A DNA stretch of 63,903 bases, filler included, from Octopus bimaculoides (lineage: Eukaryota): NCBI RefSeq assembly GCF_001194135.2. It is 5 parts of 5 records of this genome, joined end to end, with 100 filler letters (N's around TTAATTAATTAA, not from the genome) between each part and the next. Parts side by side here need not be neighbours in the genome. Positions count along the whole stretch, not along the records: positions 9,554 to 30,114 come from NC_068998.1; positions 30,215 to 36,685 come from NC_068985.1; positions 36,786 to 62,759 come from NC_068981.1; 2 more parts are not named here. One strand, written 5' to 3'. The position numbers and the translations under genes are program-made. Of this stretch, positions 26,320 to 38,461 are shown in pieces (the stretch's first letter is position 1; each line of letters begins with the position of its first letter). The notes below the pieces were generated by a model that made no database searches, was not told the DNA's origin, and was given only the letters and a program-made list of their open reading frames with translations.

Positions 26320-26435
26320 GACACCTAAAATTTCATAAAAACTACCTTCAACTCACATCCGACCTCACTTTAGAATCAGTTCAGCCCTGCCTTGAGCGAG
26401 GTTACCCTTGTCTGTTACCACTAAGAGACAAAGAG
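26320..26435 (+). CDS. RLBP1-like: Second coding exon of the same CRAL-TRIO gene
   Basis: Poly-T tract and CACAG acceptor end at 26319. The 116-nt exon completes the split Gly codon (phase 1) and reads GHLKFHKNYLQLTSDLTLESVQPCLERGYPCLLPLRDKE, ending at GAG|GTATGT. This matches the family stretch L-x-x-E-x-V...GYP-x-x-L-x-x-RDK-x-GR. Confidence 0.92.
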
Positions 26436-29400
26436 GTATGTAATAATTCAAAAAAAGCATTTTTTCATTCTGTATCTCAAATTATATTTAGTTGTACAAA
26501 TACAAGAGAATTTATGAGTTCAACTACTGAAGAAGAATGAAATTGGTACATTATTTACATTATTTACATTTGACGAATATTGATGTCAAAATAGTAGCCC
26601 AGTGGTTTCTGAATTCATATTTTCTATCACCAAGTTGTATGAATGAAAAAAAACAAACTATTCTGAGGAAAGGTGGTGAGCTGGTAGAATCATTAGCATG
26701 TCAGGTAAAAATTCTTAGCAGCATTTCTTCGAGCTCTTTACATTCTGAGTTCAAATACTGCTGAGGTCAGCTTTGCCTATCATCCCTTTAAAGTAAATGA
26801 AATACAGTACTAGTTAATTACTGGGGTTGATGTAAATGACTTGTTCTCTCCAATAAAAAATCTACTGACCTTGAACCCTGTGATGTCCCATTCAGTGTAA
26901 TGTTGTGATCTTGATTATCTATATATCTTGGGCACTGGGTACCCAACCTTATGAGTGTTAGGGATCAAGAAAAGAAAAATGAAAGAAATTCTGAGCAAAA
27001 TTAAAATGTATAAATATACTGATAATACTGTGTAACATAATTTTTATTTTTTTGTCTTTGGTCAGTAAATGTTATTTCCTATTTGCTTCTATTGAGGAAA
27101 TGGCTACTATTCCCTTCAAACTTTGCTTTTGTGACCTGGACATCAATGCTTTGAAACTGACCTATTTTCCATTACATTTCAGACAGATTCAGCACTGAGT
27201 TGCTGAAGCAGAAATATTGTGAAAGCAAATATTCTGCTCAATACCACAAATTTGCTTGTTAGTTGCTTGACCTTAACCACTTGAGCATGTCTTTAGTGGC
27301 TGACAATATGTGCATCTCTGATCATGAGCAGGAGGAGTGGGGGAGCATTATAGCCATGTGTTCAGAGAGATTCTTTGGGGTTTGAATATATGTAACAAAA
27401 GCAAAGTTCGAAGGAAATATTAACTATTTTTCATACTTTCTAGGGGTAAACAAATAGGAAATAACTGTTACTACCCAAGGACAAAAATTGTGTTACACAA
27501 TGTAATGTAGTGAATTGGTAGGATTGTTACAACAAAGGACAAAATTTCTTGCAGTATTTGTTTTAACTCCGCACTGAGTTGAAATCCTGCTGGAGTCAAA
27601 CTTTGTCTTTACTTCATTAAGGTTGATAAAACAGTGTGGTGCATTGGTGCTACTGTTTGAGCATTGACAAAATGCCTTGTAGTATCTGTTCTGGTCCTTT
27701 ATATTCTGATAGCAATGCCTCTTGTATAACATTGCTAGAGTGGAGAAAGAAGACTTGCATGCATGGGCAATTGCCAATCTTCTACAAACATCAAAACAAA
27801 AAGAACTTGCTCAAACCTGATCTGAAGAGGAACTTCCCAATCCATGTATGCATGAGAAAAATGTATGTAAAATTGATCCTTTCCACTACAGGTACAAAGT
27901 CTGAAAGTTTGGGGAAGAGGAATAGTCAATTGCATTGACCCTCAGGGCTCAACTGGTACTTATTTTATTGATCTCAAAAAGATGAAAAGCACAGTTGACC
28001 TTAGTGGAAAAATGGATGTAAAAATAATGATGGTGGTTGTGATAAAGATTGGTATGGTGTGTCATCCTGATCATAATCATTGTTTAATTTTCATTGTCCA
28101 TGCTGGCATGGGATGGATGATTTGACATGGATCTGATGATTTGCAGGACAGCATTGAGTTCTTATGACTGGATGCCCTTCCTAAAGCCAACCCTTTTACA
28201 GGGTATATTGGGTGCCAGTATACACTGGCCGCCAGCAGTAGTGAGTTTGCCAAGTAACTTGCAAAACTAAAAAAAGAGTAGAGAGAAGCCTCCTCAATTA
28301 AATCTACATTTATGACTCTGCTGCTCCTGGAGAAATATATTCATAAGCATAGATTGAATGTAATTTTATTAAAAATGCTTTTCTTTATTGTTTGATTACA
28401 TGGTCTGTTAGTTTTTTTTTTGTTTAAAGTTAAATTTCAACAACTTTATTTTCAAAAATTATTTTAGCTTAACCCTGAAGCATTTTAATCAGCTCTATCC
28501 AGCCAAAATAATTTACCTGTTTTATGTTCAAACCAGCTAGATTGGGCCACTCAAAATTACCCCACAATAGCAATCTAAAAATAAACAATCACATTATATT
28601 AATCTTGAAGCTACAAGATAGATAATACATGATTAATTCAAAACAATAAATTTGATAGAGTAACCTGAATGCTAAAGGGTTAAATCTTTGTCACACAACA
28701 ACATCAAATGGTATTAATTAAAAGTACAATATATAACACCAACTTTTCAGAACTGATGATCTGGTACCTCTTATTAACCCATTACCTCCCATAGTTCTAT
28801 AAACTGGAATTTTTTTTTATGAAACTATGATTTCTAGCATAAAACAGCCTTAGAAACATGCTGGAATGATCAAAATAGCATTTCAAAATAACTTTTTAAA
28901 TAAGCGAGATATTGGGTGAAAAATTAGCAAACCTCATTTGAATATCAGAGAAATATACCTAGTAGATATAGCAAAAAGGTTAGATATGTGTAAATATTAA
29001 CAGATAATTACGGAATTTGTAATTTTTAAGTGATCTCATATGAGATCACCGGTAGGTAATGGGTTAACATTGTGTAACACGATTTTTGTCCTTGGGTAGT
29101 AGCTGTTGTTTCCTATTTGTTTACTCCTAGAAAGTATGAAAAATGGCTAATAATTCCTTCAATTCCTTTAATTACTTAAGCAAAATTAATACTTAATTTT
29201 GAGTCTGAGGACTAAGGTGACCACCCTTGGTTCAAGAAAAAAAACAAAAAACCCTGTAATTTGGAAATGCTTTGAAACAAAAGGTTATGGAAAATCACTG
29301 TTGCACCTGTTTGGCATAGCATTAAAATTATGTAATTCATGATGTGTGATAACCAAATTGTTAATGGGAAGGAATATTTAATTCAAGGACAATGAATTCA

Positions 29401-30079
29401 AATTCTGTAACAGAGATTGTTTAATGTTTTCTAGCCAAGTTACACTAATTATTCTACTTTCCACTTAATTACAATTGGAGAACCAATCCAGGCTTAAAGG
29501 CCATGCAATTTCTATTTTACAAAGCTAAAACAAAAAGCCAAAGACATTTACAATTTATGCAACTAAAATTGTATTTTCTGGTAGAATCAGCATGACAGAG
29601 TGTAATGATGCTATACCTTTTCAATTATAGATGCAATTTACCTGACAGGTTTCTATAGTGTTTTGGTCCATCCAATTTCAATCTAGAAAATAACAGTAGG
29701 ATTGAATCTGGGATCTCATGGTTGTGGTGTGAATTCCTTAATCATTCAGACAGATCTTCTGAATATATTTATATATATTTATTCAGCAATTAAAGCTCTC
29801 TCTGTCTGTCTGTCTCACTCACTCTGCTGCAAGATAGACAGATATGTGGTAATGCAAAGAAAAATGAAAATGTCCCGAAGGACTGGAGACAGGAGAAGGA
29901 CAGATAGAAAGTCAGAATGAAGAAAGGAGTAAAGTATTAGAGAGGGAAAGAGAAAGAAAGGGAGTGGGAAGAAAACAAAAGTGATGCAAAGAAAGAGAAA
30001 GAGACAGAAATAGACATCACACAAAAAATATTCCAAGAATATTTAAAAAATGACTAATAAGATTTGAAATGTATAGCAT

Positions 30080-30114
<35 letters not shown>

Positions 30115-30214
30115 NNNNNNNNNNNNNNNNNNNNNNNNNNNNNNNNNNNNNNNNNNNNTTAATTAATTAANNNNNNNNNNNNNNNNNNNNNNNNNNNNNN
30201 NNNNNNNNNNNNNN
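30115..30214. other. Artificial 100-nt scaffold spacer
   Basis: 44 N + TTAATTAATTAA + 44 N. Confidence 0.95.
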
Positions 30215-30225
30215 ATATATATATA

Positions 30226-30600
30226 TGGAAGATCTTGGAGGGTTTACCTTCCAACTTTAGAATTGACAACTATACCAATCCTCGAACTGGATGGCACTGC
30301 ATCATGCCAAAGATCCCGTCTACCCCATCTAAAATAAGGACTCATTACTATAATGGTCTGGGTTTCAAGTGCGCGCAGTTTTTCAACATCCTTCCAGGCA
30401 GTTTTATAGATCTACATTGTGTTGAAGTGGAAGTTTTCAAGGAACGTCTGGACCGGTTCCTATCTGAGATACCAGATGAACCCACATCGCGACAGGAGAC
30501 GCAAAAACAATGCCGGAAACAACACCGAGTAACTACAGGTGGTGCACCAGCATGACTTCAGCCCTGGGCTGAAACAACTAAAAAATAAAAGGTAAAGGAT
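30226..30600 (+). mobile_element. 3' end of a CR1-group LINE
   Basis: Reads ...IRTHYYNGLGFKCAQFFNILPGSFIDLHCVEVEVFKERLDRFLSEIPDEP, resembling the C-terminal G-x-x-LFN-x-LP...FK-x-x-LD-x-FL-x-x-VPDEP motif of CR1-like ORF2. An A-rich tail follows. Clade assignment is from motif memory. Confidence 0.7.
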
Positions 30601-30785
30601 ACATATATGTATGCACATATACATACATATATATACATGCATATATATACACATATACATATATACATGTATATACATACACACTTACATACATATATAT
30701 ATACATAAATACAATTATATGCATACAGATATATACATAAATACATATATATACATACATACATATTCATAAATACATATATATA

Positions 30786-32256
30786 CCGCAAATCCTCGAG
30801 TATAGTCCGCCCTTGAGAATAATATGCAGGGGATTTTTTAGGGGGCTGTACCTCTGAAAAACCTAAACCTTGTGTATAATACGCACCCCTTCTCTAATTT
30901 GAGTCAAGGAGGTCTATATGACGTCCTTGGTTTGTAAACATCTATACGGTAACGTCCTTTATTATTATTGTATATATAACATAATGCAAACGTGTAGCTA
31001 TTTTTGTGCACTTTGCAGAAAATAAAGAAAAAACAGTAATAACGTCAGTGAAAAATAAATATTAAGTAAATTGCCTTTACAAATGTATCACTATCAGTTA
31101 CAAAAGCAAACGCAAAAACATTTATTCAAATCCTTCAAATTCAACGTCACTTTCTGCATCAAATAACTGTTCCATTTGTTCCTCTGTAAACATGTCAGCA
31201 TCATTGTAGTGAAAATCTCCGTCATCGTCAGATTCATAGTCAACATCAGAAGATTCACTTTCATTTATTTCATCTTTCCATACAACGTCATCTTGAGTAC
31301 CATCCAGTACAGACGATATACAACATTTGATAAAACTTTTCACAATAATCTGGGGATCAAGTTCATTCCATGCATACACGATCCATTTGCATATCAAAGT
31401 CAGGTCGGGAGCGCGAACCCTTCCACCTTTAGTGAACGACTTTTCTCCAGTCGACATCCATTCAGTCCATAAATCACGCAATTTGTTTTTAATCGGTTTG
31501 TTAATAGAGACATCTAATGGCTGCAATATAGAGGTCATACCCCCTGGAATGATAGCAACATCTGTTTTGTGACGTTTTTTTAAATGCTTCAGTTTATCTT
31601 CACTTCTGTGGCATCTAACAGCATCAAGTACAAGCAAGCTGTTGTGCTGTTAAATTGCTCCACCTGGACGATTCCCCCATACAGTGTCAATCCAATCTCT
31701 AAATAATTCATCATCCATCCAGCCTTTTTGTTGATATCTAACAATAATCCCTGTTGAGAATTCCACGTTTTGGGGGTGCTGTTTTACGTTTGAATATTAT
31801 ATAAGGTTTAAGTTTGGTACCGTCAGCCATATAAGCTAACATGACGGTAAAACATGACAGTAAAATTTTTTTGGTGGCCCGTGGTTTTAATTGCAATTGA
31901 CGATTTACCACTGAAATCTATTGTGCTATCTGCAGGCATATCAAAAGTTAATTTGTTTTGCAAATTGTTTTTGTTACGTGTTATTCTGTGTTCTGAATAC
32001 TTTTACTTTAATAAATGTTGCTTACTGCAAGTTATGGATGATACTTTTATGACTTCATTGCTTTCAGGCTTAGCTTAAGGTATTTTCGCGCCCGACATCA
32101 CAAAATGCGTCTGAATAAACATTGCCAGACAGCAAATAGAGACTCGGACATTGCTTAGAAAATATTTTTCATTTTTAACCTCGTATATAGTACGCACTAG
32201 GAATTTTGACCTTTAAATTTTGGGAAAAAATGCGGATTATACTCGAGGATTTACGG
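30786..32256 (-). mobile_element. Degenerate pogo-superfamily (POGK-like DDE_1) DNA transposon
   Basis: 25-bp TIRs CCGCAAATCCTCGAGTATAGTCCGC (30786) and GCGGATTATACTCGAGGATTTACGG (ending 32256), both flanked by TA. Minus-strand remnants: FDMPADSTIDFSGKSSIAIKTTGH, TVMLAYMADGTKLKPYIIFK, KGWMDDELF, LLVLDAVRCH, IPGGMTSILQPLDVSINKP, AWNELDPQIIVKSFIKCCIS (ORF 31122-31637). The N-terminal DNA-binding part appears to be deleted. Confidence 0.92.
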
Positions 32257-32310
32257 TACATACATAGGTATATATACATACATATACACACATACATATA
32301 CATACATATT

Positions 32311-32343
<33 letters not shown>

Positions 32344-33612
32344 NNNNNNNNNNNNNNNNNNNNNNNNNNNNNNNNNNNNNNNNNNNNNNNNNNNNNNNNN
32401 NNNNNNNNNNNNNNNNNNNNNNNNNNNNNNNNNNNNNNNNNNNNNNNNNNNNNNNNNNNNNNNNNNNNNNNNNNNNNNNNNNNNNNNNNNNNNNNNNNNN
32501 NNNNNNNNNNNNNNNNNNNNNNNNNNNNNNNNNNNNNNNNNNNNNNNNNNNNNNNNNNNNNNNNNNNNNNNNNNNNNNNNNNNNNNNNNNNNNNNNNNNN
32601 NNNNNNNNNNNNNNNNNNNNNNNNNNNNNNNNNNNNNNNNNNNNNNNNNNNNNNNNNNNNNNNNNNNNNNNNNNNNNNNNNNNNNNNNNNNNNNNNNNNN
32701 NNNNNNNNNNNNNNNNNNNNNNNNNNNNNNNNNNNNNNNNNNNNNNNNNNNNNNNNNNNNNNNNNAAGCCCTAATTCCCCATAGGAGCGTTTAGCGACAA
32801 CAGGACACACACCAGTCATTTCATGCATTCCCCAGCTCAAAGAGGTGAACCCCGTCCTATGCTCGGGTCAAGCCATAGAAAGCAACCCCCGATATCAGTA
32901 GTAGGGCCCGACGGCATATGCTGGTTTACCCCCACCGTACCCTTTGTGCAACATCAATTCTCTCACCCGTCCAGAAACTCTCTCCAAGCTTTCCTATCAT
33001 TTATAATCTCTCTTATTTCACTCACTCCAATACCTCTCACCACCAAATCTTTCCTCATTCCATCCATCCACACAAACTGAGGTCTGCTTCTGGTTCTGCT
33101 GCCTACCCCTTCTGCCTTCATCACCCTCCTTACTATCCGTTCCTCATCCATCCTCTCCGTTTAGCCAAACCACCTCAACATTCGTCTATTCATTCTGGTA
33201 CATGGATTTTCCCTTATTCCCGCTCATCTTCGCACCTCCTCATTTCTCATCCAATCCATCCAGGTCACACCAACCATAGCTCTCGCAAATTTTATCTCAA
33301 ACATATCTTGTCGCCTCCTTTCTGCCTTTCTCAGCCCCCCACGTCTCTGCATCATATAACATTGTCGGCACAATCACGTCCTTATACACACCTCTTTTCA
33401 CTTTCATACTCAACCTTTTATCTCTCAGCATACCTGTCACAACTTCAAGTATCTTACTCCCCTCTCTCACTATATCCCACTTCTTCAGCCTCCACCACCA
33501 CCCCATCCGCCGTCACATGTGATCCCAAATACTTGAAAACACTCATCTCCTCTAACATCTCACCATTTATACTCACGTTCATCCTACCAGCCATTCCCTC
33601 TCTCGAACACCT

Positions 33613-33841
33613 TATTTCTTTATTGCCCACAAGGGGCTAAACATAGAGGAGACAAACAAGGACAGACAAAGGGGTCAAGTCGATTACATCGACCCCAGTG
33701 CGTAACTGGTACTTAATTTATCGACCCCGAAAGGATGAAAGGCAAAGTCGACCTCGGCGGAATTTGAACTCAGAACGTAACGGCAGACGAAATACCGCTA
33801 AGTATTTCGCTCGGCGTACTAACGTTTCTGCCAGCTCGCCG
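33613..33841 (-). mobile_element. tRNA-derived SINE (family B) inserted into the RTE LINE
   Basis: Head GGCGAGCTGGCAGAAACGTTAG...GAGTTCAAATTCCGCC has A- and B-box-like motifs. It is flanked by a 17-bp direct repeat, CCCTCTCTCGAACACCT (33596-33612) and CCCTCTCTCGAATATCT (33842-33858). Confidence 0.9.
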
Positions 33842-33939
33842 CCCTCTCTCGAATATCTCATCACCTTACTCTTAGCTATATTCACTTTCAGTTTCCTCCT
33901 TTCACACACGCTTCCGAACTACCATTAGTCTCCTCGGTT

Positions 33940-34400
33940 GGGATCTTTTTTAAAACGGGGGCCACATTTTTCATTAACGAAACACTTTGAAACTTGGAAC
34001 ACTGGTAGAATGTGTCATATAAAACATCTTTTTCTCTTAGTCTTCTTAAAAAAAAAAAAAATCCCTAAGTTATTCCATGTTAAAGTTGTCGTATTTCTGT
34101 AATTTCAACCAATCACTGACGTCCATTCAGCCGATATACATTAAGTGCCGACTACATAAACAAACGATTCTGAAACAATTCTATCGGTGATAGGGTTAGG
34201 GTAAAACAGCAAATTTAAGTGATTGGTTGAAATTATCGAAATAAGACAATTTTTTACATGAAATAAATTCGAATACAAAAATATTTTTCTGTTCTATAAC
34301 ACAAAATAGATAAGTATACGAAGTTTGAAAGTCTTTCGGTACCAAAAAGACTACGTAAAACATTAATGAAAAATGTGGCCCCCGTTTTAAAAAAGATCCC
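33940..34400. mobile_element. 461-bp MITE with perfect 38-bp TIRs
   Basis: GGGATCTTTTTTAAAACGGGGGCCACATTTTTCATTAA (33940-33977) and its exact reverse complement (34363-34400). The flanks TCGGTT and TCTGTT form an imperfect 6-bp TSD. Confidence 0.9.
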
Positions 34401-35928
34401 TCTGTTGTTCTTCCGAATCCGTCACCAGTGCTGTATCATCAGCCAACAACAACTGACTCATCTGCCATTTCTCTCAATTTTCTCTTACTATTTGGGCTCC
34501 CACACCAAATATTCTACCATTCACCTCTTTCACCACACCATCCATATATAAATTAAAAAGCCACGGAGACATCAAACAATTTTGTCTTAACCCCACCTTC
34601 ACATCAAACCGCTCACTTGCTTCACCACTCACCTTATGCACGCCCCACTTTCTCTACATAAACTCTATACAGCTCTCATCAATGTACCAAATACTCCATA
34701 CAACCGCAACACCTGTCACATTGCATCTCTGTCCACACAATCATGTCTTCTCCAGGTCCATAAAGGCCAAATATACATCGCTGTCTTTTGCCAAAAACTT
34801 CTCACACATCTGCTTTACAACAAATATCTGATCTGCACACGCCTTTCCACTCCTAAAACCGCACTGCTCCTCCCTTAGTACATTCTCTGTCTGGTTCCTC
34901 ACCCTTACAATCAGAATTCTCCCATACAGTTTACTAACCACGTATACTACCCCTTAAATTTTCATGAATATGTACATATATATATTATATTTGTATATTA
35001 TGAACACGTCGTCATAATGAATTATTTGCAGTGGTTCAGTTGAAGATGTGATATTTGTATAACCTGTTATGAATAATATATAAATATGTGTGTGACAATG
35101 TTTTGACATTTCGTTTCCTTTACTGTCGTGAAAATGATTGCCAACTAATAAATAGGTTTGACTTATTCCATACTAAGAGACAAAAAAAAGCTACCAAAAT
35201 ATTCGCGCAATCAAAAGCTGCTATTATATAATGTTGTAACCTAAATCTGATATTTCAATATATTAGAAACGAATACAGAACTCATGTGTTGTGTCTATCG
35301 AAATCATTGATGCATATCTATATAATACTTTGTACTATAGGTACAATACCTGAAATTTTGTGGGAGTGTCCAAGTTAACTGCATCGATCTCGACGGTATT
35401 TAAGCACAGAACGTAAAGACGGAAGAAACATCCACTATGCTAACAATTCTGGAAGCTCGCTGCTCTAACGCATATCTATATAATGGTTTCAGATTTTGGC
35501 ACAGGTCCAGTAGTTTTGTAGGGAGGCAGAAGACGATTACATCAACCCTGGCATTTGACCTGTACTTATTTTATCCGAAAGAATGAAAAGCAAAGTCTAC
35601 CACGGCAGAATTTGAGATCATAATGTAAAATCCAAAAGAATGTTGCTAAGGATTTTGTCCAGCGTGCTAACTTTTCTGCCAGCTCACCACCTTCGCATGT
35701 CTTATTTCATTGCTATTGTTAACGCAGAACATTATAAGTTTTCGCTAATTTCTACTATTTTACTTAAGCTACGTCTTACAAAACAATAGTTAAAACTTAT
35801 GCTCTGTAGTATAGCATTGCGTGCAGTAAAGAAAATATAAGCTACCAAACCCTTCTCGCTTGGGAAAAATGTTAAAGTCATATCCTCAGCAACATTTTAT
35901 CTAATGATCAATGTGAAAGTAATTAATT

Positions 35929-36530
35929 TTAACTCGCACCACGGCCCTGGGAGCAATTCTTCCTAATATGGCCAGGCTCCAGGCACAGGTGACACTTGGG
36001 GGGCGTCCCTCGAGTATTCAAAAAATCAGGAAAAACAAGGTCATTAGCTGATTGGGTCCAAAGGTTCAAAACAGCTATTGCCCCGACCCAAAGAGCTACA
36101 GGCATCATCTTGACACTCAAGAGCCTGGAATTGCTGCCACCCAGACCCTTACAAACAGTATCTTCTATCCACTGGGGATTTATCAAGGGCGGCAGCCCAC
36201 ACACCCAGGCTCTTATCAGCTTCATCCCGCAATATGTGGGGAGGAACAAAATGTTCTGACCCTCCAAGGGCTCGCTTGCAAATTTGCAAGCATTCTCGGG
36301 GGTGCCAAACAGCAACCACACTGTTGCATATTTGTCCCCACGAGCTATATGTTTGATAGTTGGCAGATAATCTGCCAACTCTTTTTCTATTTTCTCTTTG
36401 TTAAATTGAACGATGGTGCCGAGCGACCTATAATAGGTCCTCAGCACAACCGTTCTTTTTTCTAATTCTTTCAAGCACTCCTTGGTGGGACAACCTCTCA
36501 CTCTAAGACAGCGTCCTGTTTCTTCGCCAT
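35929..36530 (-). mobile_element. Gag-like ORF1 with CCHC zinc knuckle, probably from an L1/Tx1-type LINE
   Basis: About 200 uninterrupted codons ending in PPKCHLCLEPGHIRKNC (CX2CX4HX4C), preceded by an RRM-like alpha/beta pattern. Pyrimidine-rich leader upstream on the minus strand. No ORF2 follows. Confidence 0.7.
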
Positions 36531-36685
36531 GTTTTTTTTTAAGTTCAGAAAAGAAAAAAACACAAACAAACACAAAACAGTTTTAAAAAATCTCAAAAAA
36601 AAAAAGAAGTCACACCAAAAAGGAAGAAGAAACAGTTCAAGAACAAAAGAAATCAGAAAGAAAACAGTTCAACTTTTGAATAAGG

Positions 36686-36785
36686 NNNNNNNNNNNNNNN
36701 NNNNNNNNNNNNNNNNNNNNNNNNNNNNNTTAATTAATTAANNNNNNNNNNNNNNNNNNNNNNNNNNNNNNNNNNNNNNNNNNNN
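36686..36785. other. Artificial 100-nt scaffold spacer
   Basis: 44 N + TTAATTAATTAA + 44 N. Confidence 0.95.
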
Positions 36786-37460
36786 TATATATATATATAT
36801 ATATATGTGTATGTATGTATGTATGTATGAATGTAAACATATCGAGATTTATAATGATATAAAATACAGCTATAACTAAGGGCGTAGAAAAGACCAATTC
36901 TTAAGGGATTTGACGATTTAGCGTCTATTTTCAGCATAGGCACAGTCTGTTCTATGCCCTTAATTTTAATTCTATTGTATACTACAATAAATCTCTAGAT
37001 ATGAATTCACCTTAATAGCTCTATTTTATATGCTGGCCACTGATAAGATCTTTAACGGTTTTTATACTTTATTGTTATTATTATTATATATAAAACATTA
37101 TATATGTATATATGTCTCTATGTATATGTGTTTGTAAGTATGTTTGTATGATTTGAAAACTAGGTTGCCGAGTCACATGATGCGTACAGAGGTCAAGTTG
37201 CTTGCCAGTGTTATTTATATATTTCATTTATTTATTTTTGTTTCTATTGTTTGGTATTTTCTTTGTAATATAACTGGGGAAAGAGGGAGTCTGGAGGAAG
37301 AGAGTGGATATATTTTTGCGAGTTGAAGACAATGTGCGAGAAAAGACGTTTTGAATTGTTACACGAATACGTAAATGTGTATCTATGCATATGTATCTAC
37401 ACGCAGAGACACACACATACGGACATATACACAGAGACACACACATACGGACATATTTGT

Positions 37461-37511
<51 letters not shown>

Positions 37512-37586
37512 CACACGCATACATGCAGAATCATAGTTTCATATATTTACACACATATATGACCGTGTTTCTATGTATGTAAATAA

Positions 37587-37631
<45 letters not shown>

Positions 37632-37714
37632 CGTATGCATGTGTGAGTGTGTGTGCAAGTTTGTGCGTGTATCCTCGTGGCAAATTAACTCGCATTTTTT
37701 TTATCAACGAACTT

Positions 37715-37745
<31 letters not shown>

Positions 37746-38424
37746 ATACATAAACACATATACATTCGTGTGTGTATGTGTGTGTAAATATGCTAGTATA
37801 AGCGTATGAGAGAGGTTATGTATGTATGTGCCTATAAAAGAATTGAAGTATGTGCGTATGTCTGTGTGTTTGTGTGAGTATCTATGCGCACGGGCGTGAG
37901 TTTCTGCGTATGTGGAAGTGAAACATGAAATACCTCAAGATGTAGAAGAAAAAAAATGACAAATGTTATTCATGCAAACTCAATGTCTGCAAATGGATAT
38001 GTTTAGAGTAAGAATCGATAAATTAGAAATTATGAATAATATATATAAATGCCTTGCTGTTTCTCTTTGGTTTTTCATTATTTTTCTGTTATTCTGCCAT
38101 CATGAATTGTCATGAATTGTGAATTTCTCTTGCAGCAGCCTCCAGTAATCTATATTAATCTGACATATATATGTATGCATGTACGTATGTATGTATGTAT
38201 GTAGAGAAATACATACATATAAATATAGATACATACGCATATATATATTTATAGTTATGTAGATATATATAGATACATGTATATATACACATATATATTT
38301 ATACACATGTAGATATATAAATATTGATACAAATATATAGATAGATAAATACATATATATAGATACATTATATAGATATACATAGATATATATAGATATA
38401 TGTATATACATATATAGATAGATA

Positions 38425-38461
<37 letters not shown>

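Larger units (their letters stand above)
32766..34945 (-). mobile_element. 5'-truncated RTE-clade LINE interrupted by a SINE and a MITE
   Basis: Minus strand: EEQCGFRSGKACADQIF, AFMDLEK, GLRQNCLMSPWLFNLYMDGV, SQLLLADDTAL (ADD at 34435-34443), KLKVNIAKSKVM, VPTMLYDAETW, and MDEERIVRRVM...RPQFVWMDGMRKDL...DRKAWR. The 3' end runs into an N gap. Confidence 0.92.

Noticed and set aside
26436-30114. Third exon of the CRAL-TRIO gene (expected to start G-R-x-V)
   Set aside because: No phase-0 acceptor with a matching translation was found by eye before the spacer. It is probably on another scaffold piece.
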